This document shows, piece by piece, positions 41,699-55,463 of a stretch of 64,000 nucleotides of DNA. The DNA is from Podarcis bocagei (Eukaryota). The position numbers and the translations under genes are program-made. The DNA lies in assembly GCA_964188305.1 (NCBI GenBank), contig OZ076886.1. One strand, 5' to 3'. The notes beneath the pieces were generated by a model that saw nothing but the letters and a program-made list of their open reading frames with translations, did not search any database and was not told the DNA's origin. The first letter of the stretch is position 1. Every line of letters starts with the position of its first letter.

Positions 41699-42859
41699 CT
41701 GGTGAATAGGTGGAGAAAAATAAAAGTGATCAGTCTTGATATGTTCCCTCTCTCAGTCCTCCCAGTACCGTTTTAGCAAAAGTTGATCCAGTCAGTTCTG
41801 CATATGCAGAAACTTATGGTGAGTAGTCTTTTGGGGGAGTTGGGGAGCAAGTTAAGGACAAATATGGAGACCAGGATGTTGGATACTCTACATATAGAAA
41901 CAGGTTTTGGTTTTGGTTTTTTACTGGTGCACTGCATATGCCTACAGAAAACACGAAGTGTACAAAGTAGATATTGACATCCAATTCTGGGATGCAAAAA
42001 TATCTGCACAAAGGTTTGCAGGACTCAGACAGATGCATGACAACTTGTGTATGGAAATGCTCCAACACAGTCAGAAAGACAAAGCCTCTTGAACCATAGC
42101 ACACACCGACCTGGACAATATGTGTAGCAGGCCAGCAGTATCCCCAATATTTTATTCTTTTATTTACTCAATTTACCATGTCATAAATATTTAAGATAAT
42201 TTACAACTAAAAGCCCTTGATATATACAGATGCAACAGATTTTTTAAAAAAATCTTTCCCAGGTGTAAAGTGTGTACATTCTGCTCTGTGCAATGAAGTC
42301 CTCAGCAATTCAGAATATGGTGGCTTGTCATACTTATCATGTAACAGTTGCTGTAGTCTTAGTTTCCTCTGACAGGTTTATATACACTCAGCATAAAAGA
42401 GACAACAAATCTTCAGGATATCCAAGGCAACACAGATACAGACACACAGAAATTCAGCAGCTAAGAGGCACATGCAGATGCATGTCAGTACAACTGTGAC
42501 AGGAACAGAGCCAACTCACACTCAGAACATCAGTCCACTTACATAGCCATTGGGCTAGACACAAACATAACCTGGAGTAACATAGCTGATGGCACAGCCA
42601 TTACACTAATACAAGAAAATAGGTAGAACTAACCGCAAACACCATTATGTGAGTGTTCTACAAATTCATTTTGTCTCTTTTATTGCCTGTGATGGTTACT
42701 TCCTCCTGCCTTCCACACAAGCAAAACAAAGCCTTCTCTATCCTGTCCTCTCATGAAATTCCATCCAACTTGCATCTCAAACATGTGCCTATAATTCTTC
42801 TGCCTCATATCCACGTTGTCTGGCTCTAGCCCTACAGACACAGTGCACCCAGTGCTCAC

Positions 42860-43326
42860 CTTGCATGATAGCGTTGTTGATTGGTGGTGGAAAGGTGGGT
42901 GGGATTTCCACCACAGTGTGCTCTGTTTTCTTGGCAGTTTTGGGTGGATTGTTCTGGGTGGTGGGATTAGTGACAATGAGGCTGTTCTCTGGGTTTTTAG
43001 GGGGTCCAGGGCTGGATGGATTGCCAGGATTATTGGGAGTCCGGCGACTGGTAGAGTTCTGAGAGTTGGGGAGTGGTTGGTCCAAGGGAACAGGTGGGTT
43101 TGGGGGCAGGTGGCTTGGTGTGGAATTTGAGTGGCTGCCTCCTTTGGTAGGATTCTGAGAGTGGCTGATGGGATGTTGGTTTGAGGTCTCATTGGTTGCC
43201 AGCTTATTGTTCTTCATGTTGTCAATATCCTCAGCCACTGGGGGCTCCAAACGCCCCATATCCTGTTGGATTGGCCGTGTGGTGGATAGGTTTGGTCCAG
43301 GTGGAAGGCCAGAGCCTTGGTTCTCT
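42860..43326 (-). CDS. CACNA1A: exon 20 (II-III loop): [44 protein letters not shown]...[10 protein letters not shown]
   Basis: tacag acceptor, gtgagc donor, 467 nt; matches ORF 42789..43259. Confidence 0.95.
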
Positions 43327-43992
43327 CTGTATAATTAAAAAGAAAAAGTTTGATCACAGGTTGAAACGTTTATATCAATGGGTCACTGAAATGCAACTAG
43401 CACAATAGCAAGTGGGGTTTGAAACTGCCTGCTCATGTGACAATTGCTTCATTCTAGCACAAGCATTACCTACACTCTCCACTTCTAAAGCTGCATCATC
43501 ATTACCCACATGACATTGCCTTAACCCACCAGAGCCAGACTATCTTCCTATGTGCACATGATGCAGCTGTATTAGTCAAACTGTCTATCATTTCAGCTAT
43601 TAATCTTACCCCAGCTTAACTGCCTTCAGTCCAGCTTCAACCAAGTTCCCTGGTGGCTATTGGCTCAATACAGCAATAGGCCAGCAGGATGGCAGGTTTA
43701 GCAAAAGAGCCTTGCTTATTTTGACCATATCCACACATATACTAAACTAAACTTTCTTTCCAGAGGGGCAGATGACCTAGTCACTAATAATTTCCTCACT
43801 AGATAGCCTTGTGGGTTCTGAGCTGGTCTTGCTTCAGCAACATGAGCATCTGAATGTGAGGTTCCTAACTGTATACTGATCTCAAACAGCCTAGTAATAT
43901 TTAAAGGCAAATTGGTGTTCTGAGGGGAATGGGTGCTATGAGGGAACCAGGCTCCATTGCTTCTGAGGAGTCTCCTTTCTATCCCTACTTAC

Positions 43993-44802
43993 TTCCTGCG
44001 CCGGTGCCGTCGCTCCTTGCCATCAGCTTCATAGGTGGACTGTGCAGTATGTCGGTGCCGTCGGCGCCTTTCTCCATCAGGCTGCTCCCCATCCACATCA
44101 CCGCGTGCAGGCCTGCTCCCTTCACGATGCCGAGGCCTGCGCTCAGCTTTGCTTGTCTCCTCCCCCCCTCCCTCATCTGGTGCCCGGCGGTGAGGCCGAT
44201 GCCGCCGGTGCTCCCGGTCACCATCGCCTGTACGCGGTGATCCACTTCGGCTCTCTTTGCTGCCTCGGTGCCGGCGGTGGGGGTCCAAGGCCTTGATTCG
44301 CTGTGAGTCACAGTCACCACGGTAACCACGCTCAAGGATGGCATTGTGCTCCTTGCTAGAATAGTCAATCTCATGGTATCCACTTTCCTGGTTGAAATCA
44401 ATTTCCTTGCTGCTGCTCCGTGGGCGTCGTGGCTCCATGCTCCCTGAGTCAGGGCGCTCATATATGTGGGGGTCTCGGGGGTGCTCATGGTAGCGAGGTG
44501 GCTTTCTCAGGAACTCTTCAGGCCGCTGCTGTCCAAAGTGGGGGTCCAAGGGTGGCTCACTGGGACGTGTCTTGTTGGTGTTGTTATTTCGATTCTCCTG
44601 AGGATCTACCACTAGTGGCCGGTCTAGGTGGGTTTTCATATCTGGTCGCATTTGGCGGGCAAATGTGACCTTCCAGCGATCCTCAGGGTCCAGTTCATTG
44701 TATAGTGCCTCCCGGCTTGCCAACAAGTTTTGCTTCCGCATCTCACTTGTCCGTTGCTCCCACACTGATTTAGCGCCCTTCTGGTTCTTTTGCTGCTCTT
44801 TC
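43993..44802 (-). CDS. CACNA1A: exon 19 (II-III loop, synprint): [34 protein letters not shown]...ERRHRRR(K)
   Basis: ttcag acceptor, gtaagt donor, 810 nt; matches ORF 43989..44765. Confidence 0.96.
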
Positions 44803-45765
44803 CTGAAGACAAAACAGAAACAGTTTCTTGAAATGCACCCTTAGCTTCAGCACTCCTGCCTAAACCAAGACCATCTCACGCCACATCCTCAAGGACGCCA
44901 ATTTTCCTGCTCTGGTTCTGACTTTCTGGTGTTCCTATTAAATCAATCTGTATCCAGCCAATTAATCATTCTTTTCAGATGTGGTCAGGCTATGCCTGCA
45001 GAGCATAATGCAATCCAAAGAACTGTGAAGTTGCAAAAGATCCTAGAGTAAAGCTCTCCACTTATACGTGCTGTTGGCAATGCTGGAAGCAGCATGGAAG
45101 CCCAAAGGAAGAATTTGGTTTACATGCTGCTTCTGGCATGGACAGGAATGAATGTTGCACATTAATCCAGATGTGTGCAGACATAACTTGGCTTGGCCCA
45201 GCTGCTGACACTAAAGCTCTTCTTCCTGATTCAGCAAACGGCAGGTTAAAACAGAACAGCAACTGTGGTTGAACATCTTTCCTAGCACTTGCTTTGGCCA
45301 TTTACTCTTCCCTAGCTATTCTATCACCACCACAGATGCCATATTGATTCCTCTCTAGGAAATGTTGGAAGGTCAGGTTGGACTTAGGCAGCTATTCATT
45401 ATTCATACAGACTTTACTCCTACTACTTTTACTTGCAAAAACCCCTATTAGAAGATGCACAAACTAGAGTAATTTGGGTCACAGTTTGTATTCCTGCCTC
45501 ATTTCTCTTTATAGTGTTCTCTTTGGACATGCAAGAAGCCAGCACTTTCTGATAGAAGGCTAAGGGCTGGTGAGGGCCAACTTCTCCTTCCATAAGCAAG
45601 TGTTCCTCACAGTTTACAGGACCCAAACTGTTCCTACTCGCCCCCCCCCCCCAGTGGGAACCTTTTACTGAGATCCAGAGCTACAAGTAAGCCTGCCCTG
45701 CTTTGCATTTGTGAGACAGAAACCCAGGGGTCATGTGGGGCTGAGGTAAATCAAGACAACACTTA

Positions 45766-45918
<153 letters not shown>

Positions 45919-46568
45919 TTAGTGCCCATATCTATGTGTCTGAGCAGGGGAGGGGGGCACTTAATGTTCATGAGGAAATGCCAGTGCCACTAAGCTAACC
46001 GTAACAGCTGCTTTCACAACTGTCCTGTGATTCCTTTCCCAATCACAGAAAGGGCTGAATTGCCTCTTTCATGACAGAAATGCGATTCCAACAGAGCAAG
46101 GATGGCAAACCTGTGGCCCTCCAGGTGTTGTTGAATTAACTGCTCCCATCATGCCTAGCCATTGGCTGTGCTGGCTGGGAGGCTAATGGGAATTTGAGTC
46201 CACAATATCTGGAGGGCCACTGATTAGCTACCCTGGCAGTAACAGGACAGAGCCAGTGTCCTGTTCATGAAAGAAAGAGGTTCAAAATATAATTTTAGGC
46301 ATAATTACACAAGAGTTAGGATGCATCCAGACATCTGTAGGAAGAAGGATCAGCTAGCACCAGGTTTTAACACAATTAGTCATTGGTTTAGACTATCACC
46401 TGTGCCAACCCTTGGACTGACAGAAATCAGAAAATGAAGCAGAGGGAAGCCATTCACCTACACAATCCTGTTTTCAGTATACAGGAAACCCAGCCCTGTA
46501 ATCACCCCATTCAATAAGCATGTCTCCCCGTAGCCCCAGTTTTCCCAGTGGTGGAGAAGTAATCCCAC

Positions 46569-46636
46569 CTTGGTGAGCTCCTGAGCGTTGGCAAGATTAT
46601 CCACTGCGATAGCCAAGAATACATTGAGCAAAGTGT
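46569..46636 (-). CDS. CACNA1A: exon 17 (end of IIS6): (Y)TLLNVFLAIAVDNLANAQELTK
   Basis: ttcag acceptor, gtggga donor, 68 nt. Confidence 0.96.
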
Positions 46637-47162
46637 CTGAATGTTGAGAGTCAAGGCAAAACCAAAAGCAGTTCTAGTTTCATTTTCACTTGACTACCTG
46701 AAGAGTTGTCAAATGCTTGGTTTCCCTTGCAGGGTTTCCCCAAAATGGTTACCCAGACTGCAGAGTTAACGGAATTAGTCACCCACACCTAATGCCTATT
46801 TCAGCACCAGAGGTTCATCTTATTCCACAACTCCCTTCGGAAGGAGTGTTCCAAATGAGTGTAATTTCAAGATTTATAAAGGGGACCTTTTATTTTAGCA
46901 TGTAAAGTACTGACTTTACCATTTCTCGGTCCCAGTACTGACAGACTGGAATTTCTCCATTATTTTAAACAGAAGGAAACAAGTTCAACTGAGGATGTAT
47001 TTCCCCAACCATGCAACACATTCAACAGTAAAGATGGAAGAACCACCAAAGAATCCTCGTTCCCAGACATCTCCTGCTTTTATAACCAGTAGTTATTGCC
47101 TCAGAGTTCATAATCTAGTCCCATAAACATTTGAGAACTATATATTTCTCAACAAAGGATAC
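46637..47162 (-). other. CACNA1A: U12-type (minor spliceosome) GT-AG intron 16
   Basis: 5' splice site GTATCCTTT; branch-like GCCTTGAC ends 12 nt before the exon; no strong polypyrimidine tract. Confidence 0.92.
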
Positions 47163-47280
47163 AGTTACCAAACAAAGTCAGTACAATGAAATAGAATGAG
47201 AACATCATTCCTTTATCGACACCGCCCTGAGCTTGGATACCATCATACATTACTTCGTTCCAGTCTTCACCAGTCAAGAT
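47163..47280 (-). CDS. CACNA1A: exon 16 (domain II pore, filter Glu in TGEDW): [39 protein letters not shown]
   Basis: ttcag acceptor, U12-type donor gtatccttt, 118 nt. Confidence 0.96.
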
Positions 47281-48137
47281 CTGAAATATGCAATATATAA
47301 CTAGAAATTCCAGATGAAATTGATAGATTCCTCAGCTGAGTCAATGGTAGTATTGGAAAGGGAATTAATTATTGATCAAACAGGGTCAGAACTTAAATAG
47401 AAGATTCTGCAGAGGTTTTTAATGTAATCTACTACTTTCTAATGTAAGTGTTTTATTCTGTGTTATGATGCTGAATAGTGCTCTGTTTCACTAGTTTCTT
47501 CTATTTGAAATGTTTTTATCTACCAGACTTCTAGAATGGTTTTTCAACAGAACTCAAGGCAATTAAATAAATCAAGACATGCAATATTCAAATTAATTCA
47601 GCGGCACAAACTAAAAGGAATGCAGGAAGGAACAATTGGTCACTTGCTTCTTGTTTATAGAAAAAAAAGTAAAAGAGTGGCAAGAATTCTCAGGTTTAAA
47701 ACAAAGATATTCTAATGATGCAAACCTACATACAATTATCCAAGATATATTTCTATGAATAATCCTGATTACTCCAATGCACATACAAAAACAAAAGAAC
47801 ACAAAGAGTAGCAATAAATACACTTCTGAAAGTATGAGCACCCCAATCCTAAGGGGCTGATTCAGCAGTTCTACAACCCAAGTCTCTAAAATTCAACTAT
47901 CACCCCAACTCCAGGCTGCCAGATTTTGTGACATTTTTGTTGCTACATCACTATCCAATTTAATGTGAATAATAATCTATGACAACTAAGAGAAGAGAAG
48001 AACTGGTGCTATGTGGACTTTTTGAACATATCAACATATAATCCCAGCTCAGGGGTCACCCTACATGAGACTCATTCTAGGGACAGAAAGACAAACAGGA
48101 CAGGGAATGCAGCCTCCTTCCCATTCCCCCTGCATAC

Positions 48138-48210
48138 CTGAAATACTGTCATTATTGCTGCTGGGAAAGTGTCAAAGTTGGTCGGAGGGGTTCCATCGTC
48201 AAAATTGAAC
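48138..48210 (-). CDS. CACNA1A: exon 15: [24 protein letters not shown]
   Basis: tcag acceptor, gtatgc donor, 73 nt. Confidence 0.96.
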
Positions 48211-48373
48211 CTGAGCAAGAGAAACACCAATCCAACAGAAACAGAGATGTTAGTTACAGATCCTAAGGTACTTCAGCTCTTTCCATCTTAGTCAGCTCGC
48301 ATCCAAATCCTGGCTTTATCTGCTAAAGGAACTGCAGATACCACAGAAATGTGGGCAGTTGTGTGAATCTTGA

Positions 48374-48375
<2 letters not shown>

Positions 48376-48425
<50 letters not shown>

Positions 48426-48448
48426 AGAGAGAGAAAGAGCGAGAGAGA
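48376..48448. repeat. compound (GT)n(AG)n microsatellite
   Basis: read directly from sequence. Confidence 0.95.
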
Positions 48449-49203
48449 CATCACAGACTCTCCAAGTCTAGCAAAAACATTGTAGCTGTGGGCAGAGATG
48501 AGTATCTAGCATCAGGGTCCCTAGAAGAAACTGGAGAGGAACCCTAGCTTATTGATTCCCTATTTGATTTCTCCATTCTAAAGCTGATCAAAAGCAGGAG
48601 CTTTCTAGAAAGACCGTAGAGATTCTGGCTATGTGTGTATGTGCATGCATGGATGTGTGGAATACTTCTATATTACTACAGATATGAGTATCTGCGTACT
48701 CCAGCTCTTCCTATTACCAAAATGAGTTGTGATGAGTTAGTGTGATGCCCAAGTGGAACAATGCCCAAGACTTGGGATGGGTTCAGACACCACAATCCTC
48801 ATCTGATAGACCATAGTTTATGCAAGCTGTAGCAAGCTTTGTGCCTGTGCTTTCCCCATTCCCCCTTGAGTATTAGTGCTTACAGCATGGCTTGTTAAAC
48901 CACAGTTTCTTGTGACATGTGAACCAGTCAACTGTGGTTTAAGCACTGCCTACAAAGTAGGCTATGAAATCAGGATCTGATATCATGAGTGACATCATGA
49001 AAAAAGGTAGTTTAACAAGTCAGGATATTAACATCAAAGAGGATACAGAAAGCAGGGAGGCAAGGGGCAGGAGGGAGTGTGCAGGTACAAACCTTAACCA
49101 TGGTTTCAAAGGCCATTATTGTGACATCCGAACAGGGCCCAAGTATTCACTCTAAGGATGTTGTAGGAAATGTCAACCCCCCCCCGGCTTTTCCCATTAC
49201 TCA

Positions 49204-49380
<177 letters not shown>

Positions 49381-49723
49381 CTAGGGCCACACATCATAAA
49401 GCAAACATTCATTCCAGGGGTCACATGAGAGAAAGGATATTTCCACTCAGGCCTGGTGAAGGCTGTCAGGATGCAAGATCATAATTTAGCTAGCTTCAGC
49501 TGCTACAAACAATATATGTGTAATCCACAATAATTAATACAAAATAACATTTTCTTGCATATTGTTGGTAATTTGGATATGTCGACGACCTGCAACTGCA
49601 ACTCTTGATAAGATAGAGGTTTTGTCTTGTTTTGTTTTACTACTGAACCACTTGTTCTGACCTGTTTTGGGTACTGGCAGTAACTAAAGGGGGACTAGAT
49701 TCAGGTAGGGATATCTGAAGAAG

Positions 49724-49812
49724 AAGAATCTGTAGATATCTGAAGAAGTGTGCATGCACACAAAAGCTTATACCCAGAACAAACTTAGTTGGTCTCTAAG
49801 GTGCTACTGGAC
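49724..49812 (+). mobile_element. Penelope-like element terminal fragment
   Basis: ctgaagaagtgtgcatgcacacaaaagctt...ttagttggtctctaaggtgctactgga resembles squamate Penelope ends. Confidence 0.55.
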
Positions 49813-50767
49813 AATTTTTAATTTTTTTAAAAGGTGGACTAGTGCTTTATTTATTTCATGACATTTTTACCTTACCCTTCCTCCAAGTAGCTTGGGGCAA
49901 CGTATATGGTTCTCTCTCTTCCATTTTATCCTTACAAAAACCTTCCGAAGTAGGTCAGGTGAGGAGACAAAGACTAACTCAAAGACATCCAGAGAACTAC
50001 ATGGCAGAGAGGGGATCCGAACCTGAGTTTCTCTGGTGCCAGTCCAATGTTCTAAGCACTGCTCCTCTGAAACATTTTCTCTGCCTTTTCTATTGCAAAC
50101 AATTCAAATTCAATATTATTTCCTAAATTCTTTTCATTCAATAAGACTTCTGCCAGTTCTAACTTATAGTGACATCCTTTGCTTCATCTCCATGCTTTGG
50201 GTAACCCAGCAATGGTATATTTACAGCAAATTTTTATATGCCAGATTTTACAGGGAAATGCAACTGTGGTCATCTTGTAAAGTCATCTTTACTGTTAGAG
50301 AAATTAATGACTATATACAAAGGCAGCGATCTCCTGATCCATATACAGATGGCTTCCACCAAGCACGTTAATGCTTCCTGGTTTTTCTTAAACTGATGTA
50401 CACTCCAGTGGTATTTAGCTTCTGCTGCCTGCTAGCTGAAGATTCCTTTTTAGATAGGCTGAAGCAAACCATCAAAAAAAGGGATTGTTTATTTTATTTG
50501 TTTGATGTTTCGCTTCCATCCAAATGCCTCTCCCTTTGGACACAGAGGACGTGGCAGTTTCAGCAGTGAAAGGAACATTCTGCAGATCGCAGTTTCATTG
50601 TAAATATATGCAGAAAGTTGTTCTTATAGATGCAGCAGGACGAAGAAATCTTCTTAAGCTAAATTTAGATATTTCAATTGCTCTAAATAATTATTTGTTT
50701 TTGACAATGTAAAATATATGCTTGCAGAACAAATTGCAGATTTCCAGTGTGTAAGAACATATACATA

Positions 50768-51009
50768 CAGTGGTACCTCGGGTTAAGTACTTAATTTGTT
50801 CCGGAGGTCCATTCTTAACCTGAAACTGTTCTTAACCTGAAGCACCACTTTAGCTAATGGGGCTTCCTGCTGCCGCTGCGCCACTGGAGCACGATTTCTG
50901 TCCTCATCCTGAAGCAAAGTTCTTAACCCGAGGTACTATTTTTGGGTTAGCGGAGTCTGTAACCTGAAGCGTATTTAACCTGAAGCGTATGTAACCCGAG
51001 GTACCACTG
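50768..51009. mobile_element. complete Tc1/mariner (Tigger/pogo-like) MITE
   Basis: perfect 18-bp TIRs cagtggtacctcgggtta / taacccgaggtaccactg with TA target duplication. Confidence 0.9.
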
Positions 51010-51158
51010 TATTTGTATGCAACACTGTGTACACACACACAACTGCACAAGTAAGCACATGTTGGGACACGAACAAACAGCACACTCAGTCTTCCTGCCA
51101 ATTAATTCATGCACATACACTTAGGGCACTGATATAAAACAACAACAACAACAACTTA

Positions 51159-51272
<114 letters not shown>

Positions 51273-52108
51273 CTACCAAAAACCAAGTCAATGAGTTTAG
51301 TAACACACTATTATAGGCTATGCTTTAGACAATTTTTGCCAGCATTCATGGACACAGACACACACAGAGGATTACTCATCCATCTACTTAAGCCTGTATA
51401 CTCCATATGCATAGGGAGAGTGCCTATAGCACATGCCTTATGTGTAGAAGACCACAGGCTCAGTCCCTGGCACCTCCAGGCAAAAGGATTGGCTGTCTGG
51501 TGATGGATGAGACCTATGCCTGAAACCCTAGAGAGCTGCTGCCAGTTAGAAGAGACAGCACTGGACTAGATGGGCAAATATCAAGATTTGAAAAATAAGA
51601 ACAGCATGAAGCTGTGGCATTTAAAAATGCATGATCTTGCTAAAATCCTGGACATCTGGTAATCCTAACTCCGGCTCATAAACATGCAGCAAACACAAAG
51701 CTTTCTGCAGCTGTCATATAATAATAACACATTGCATCTGCTCACTCCACAATTAGACTTAGGATCGCTAAGCATAAAAGTTCAAAACATATGTCAGACA
51801 TACCTAATCATAATAGACATACCTAATCATAATATTGGCTGTGAGCAGGAAGTTGCTTTTTGTTACTGTTTCTTGAACACCTGGTGTCTTGGCTGGCAGG
51901 GTTCAAACAGTAATCAAGCTGTTCAAGCTCAAGTTTTGAGAATGGACAAACCTGGCTTCAATGTGAGAGCACATCCAGTTTGTAAATATATCATGATGCA
52001 AGATGCAGCCTCCAGTCATATATATAACCAAAGCAAAAGGTGATTTTGCTACCCAAGTAGGTCAAGAAGCAGGGACAGTAAATCCTAGATTTGTTAGGAA
52101 CCATCTGA

Positions 52109-52109
<1 letters not shown>

Positions 52110-52154
<45 letters not shown>

Positions 52155-52170
52155 ATCTATCATCTATCTA
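52110..52170. repeat. (TCTA)n microsatellite
   Basis: read directly from sequence. Confidence 0.95.
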
Positions 52171-52569
52171 TTTTATCTAATTTTTTTATTTATTGCACTT
52201 CTATACTGTTATTCATTGCTAAAAGCAATTCAAGATTGATATCCATTAAAAGTAGAGTTCATAATGCACAATTCACCCTGATGTTAAAACTCCAACTGGC
52301 AACAAAAGCACAACAATGGTGTCAGTAGTACAGTACTTCATGGTGGACTTGGCTACACCTGGGACCATTCCACAGGGACAGGTTTATGTTTTGTGGGTAT
52401 GGGATACTTCCCAATAACATCTGGAGCAAAGATGTTCATGAGAGAGCTTGCTCATCTGCATGCTAGTGTGCCTTCACCTACGTAGCTGAGCGCATGATCT
52501 AAGAGAGTGGTTGTAGTCTGATACTAGAGCAGGCAACAAGAGAAGTCCTGTCATGTCAGAGAGACTTAC

Positions 52570-52682
52570 AGCACAGTCGAAGCAGTTGAAGGATGAGTGA
52601 AAGTAAGGCCGCGTTCCGAGCCCATACATTTTTATAAACATTTCGGACATAAAGAGCCCTAAGAAAATGAATTCTGCATAGT
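52570..52682 (-). CDS. CACNA1A: exon 12 (IIS2): [38 protein letters not shown]
   Basis: ttcag acceptor, gtaagt donor, 113 nt. Confidence 0.97.
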
Positions 52683-52944
52683 CTGAAACAAACAGAGAAA
52701 TAGGGAGAGGTACAGGGTCAGAGCCAAGCTCTTCCATATGACAAAATGACCCCCCCATCTGTTTCCACAGCACGAACCACCCCTCACTCAACCTTTAATG
52801 ATCCCCCACTTAATTAAACAGAAGCAGCCTCTCTTGGTGTCCCTAGATGAAAGAAGCCAAAATACATAGTAGTTATTGTTTGAAAAACTGCTAACACCTA
52901 CTAGAGGCCTAGAAGGATCCTATGGAGAACCTAAGCGCAATAGA

Positions 52945-53238
52945 CCAGGGGTGGGAAACTGCAAGCTCAGGGCCCAAAGCTGGCCTCTCTTTCTGGCCCT
53001 TGGGGTTTTTGCTTGGATGCAATGCATCCTTGAACTCTGATAATGCCTCTTGCTCACCTGAATGGAGAAGACAGAGAGGTGTTTGAGGGTGTATGGAAAC
53101 TAGCCTACTGTAGAAAGGTAAAAATTACATTTATTACTCCCTCCTTCCTGGCCCTGCCCACCACTGGCATGTGGTCCTTGGAAGGATGCCCAGATTGCAG
53201 TGGGCAGCCTTCAGGCTGAAAAAGGTTCACCACCCCTG
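52945..53238. mobile_element. hAT-like non-autonomous element; related copy near 55607-55950
   Basis: TIR-like caggggtgggaaac / gttcaccacccctg. Confidence 0.55.
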
Positions 53239-54210
53239 CTCTAGAACATGAAAGGTCCCTTACAGCACAATCCTATACAGGCTTACTGAAAAGTAAGTCC
53301 TGTTGAGCTCAATGAGACGTACTCCCAAGTAAGCATGCATAGCATAGGAGACTTTGTTGACAATTTCCTTGCATCACAACAAGCTTAGATTTCTTTCTCA
53401 TGAACTGAGAAACATCAGCAATTATCATCTGCTGTAGCAATAAGTGCTGAGATAAAGAAATAGACCCCCATCAGAATTATGATGCTCTTCCAGCCCAGCA
53501 CAGGAAAGGACTCCTGGGGCGACAGGGTAGTGGCACACAACCTAGAAGGCATAAATGGTCTTAAAATAGTGATCAAACAGCAATCTTCCTGTCAGAATTA
53601 AAAAATATAATCCAGAAGTCATACATCTTCATGACCTAGTTCTCATTGAGGTTGGTAAATTTGGGACTGGGCTGTATTCCTTCAGACTGCAGGTGGGAGT
53701 CACATGACTGAATGCTCCTCCATACCAAAATTAAAATAAAGTAAAATCCTGTGAACGGAAGACTAAAAATGGGTTGTTTCCGCACTAATGCTCTTTATTG
53801 CTGCTGAGCATTGCTTTTCTTCAGTCTGTTGGTAAAGGTGGAACCAGATTTAAAAGAGAGGTTCAACATAATATGGTGATGTATTATACAGCAATTTCCT
53901 TCCCATAGCAGAGATCAAAGGATACCTTCTGAATTAAAATATATTTGAGTATAAATAAAAATAAATAAAACTAAACAACAATATCCAGGTGTTGAAGTTA
54001 ATACAGATGCTAACTTTAAAAGAGAGTTTAATCACACGGACCTCATACAGAACCCATTATCACTGTCTTGTAACTGGCTATGCCTCTGATAAATGTCCAT
54101 GGCTAAAGGAGGATGGGCCTATTATAGTAAAAACTGAACAAGCTTCCCTAACTCCCACTAGACAAGGATCAGGAGGGCTCCCCATGTAAAATGAAAGTAC
54201 AGGGGCTCTA

Positions 54211-54465
<255 letters not shown>

Positions 54466-55373
54466 TTAGGGCATTTAACCTACCCAAACTGGCTCAACCC
54501 TGTGGTCTATCCAACCCAGTATCCTTTCTGTGACAATGACAGCACATAATGTACCACAGGAAAGTCTCTGGCCCTGCACTAGGTAGATGTAGAATATATC
54601 TCATTGCCAGTAAGGTCTCATCTCGATCCTCAATAGGCATAACCAACTATAGCCCTCTATTAGGAAGAAGTCTTCTTATCTTTACAGAGCGTGGCCTCAT
54701 CAGCTACATTTGTCCTGAAGAGGATCACCAGGTGCGCCTTCTTTGCTGCTCACAAGATATTTGATGCTGGTCATAGCCAAAGAACTTCTATTAAGCATGA
54801 CAGCAAAGGCCTCCCTGGCCTGGTATGCTGCCGCCAACAACAGCCACACTTCTGAAGTAAATATTGTACAAGAAGCAATATGGTGGCCTGTCATTCACTG
54901 TCTGCCTTCCAAGCACTGTCCTATGCAATAGAAAGACTGACAAGATTCCACAGAAGGTGCTAGTGGTTGCAGACTTGCAATTAAGAATGCCAATTGGTAC
55001 AGTAACTGCTGCTTGTTATAAGGAGCAGCACTAGAAACGTGATCGGGTCTCTGACAGAGCAACAGCACTTGCATGTGCCCAAACACACATTTGTTGCAGT
55101 CTGCTAACATTTATATTTACTTAGTTATGTATTTTAATCCTCCTCCTAGGGAATGGCCCTCACACTGTTCTTCTGCTAGTGGACCAAGACTTGCTACGGG
55201 GCCATGCCCTGATCTTGGGTAAGTAGCAACAAAGATGAGCATCATACACATAGATGGTAACGAATTAGTAAGTAGGTCCCCAAATGTATGTCTGGATGAA
55301 TGGTAGGCACCGAGTCTGAAACGGTAGGTGACTCTTGCACCTCACCCTACCCCATCATGCCTATTTGACCTAC

Positions 55374-55463
55374 CCACTGAGGAGATGTCAGCCAGCGGGT
55401 CATCTGCTTCCTCTGGGTTCAGCAGATCTGTCTTGCTTTTCTTGATTGTGGCCCTCCGAAGAG
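55374..55463 (-). CDS. CACNA1A: exon 10: (A)[29 protein letters not shown]; alternative starts at 55466 (+G) and 55469 (+VG)
   Basis: acceptor context cctattg|ttg|gag|CT, gtaggt donor. Confidence 0.93.

Noticed and set aside
43929-44668. Antisense and alternative-frame ORFs overlapping exon 19
   Set aside because: Expected by-product of a GC-rich coding exon with few stop codons.
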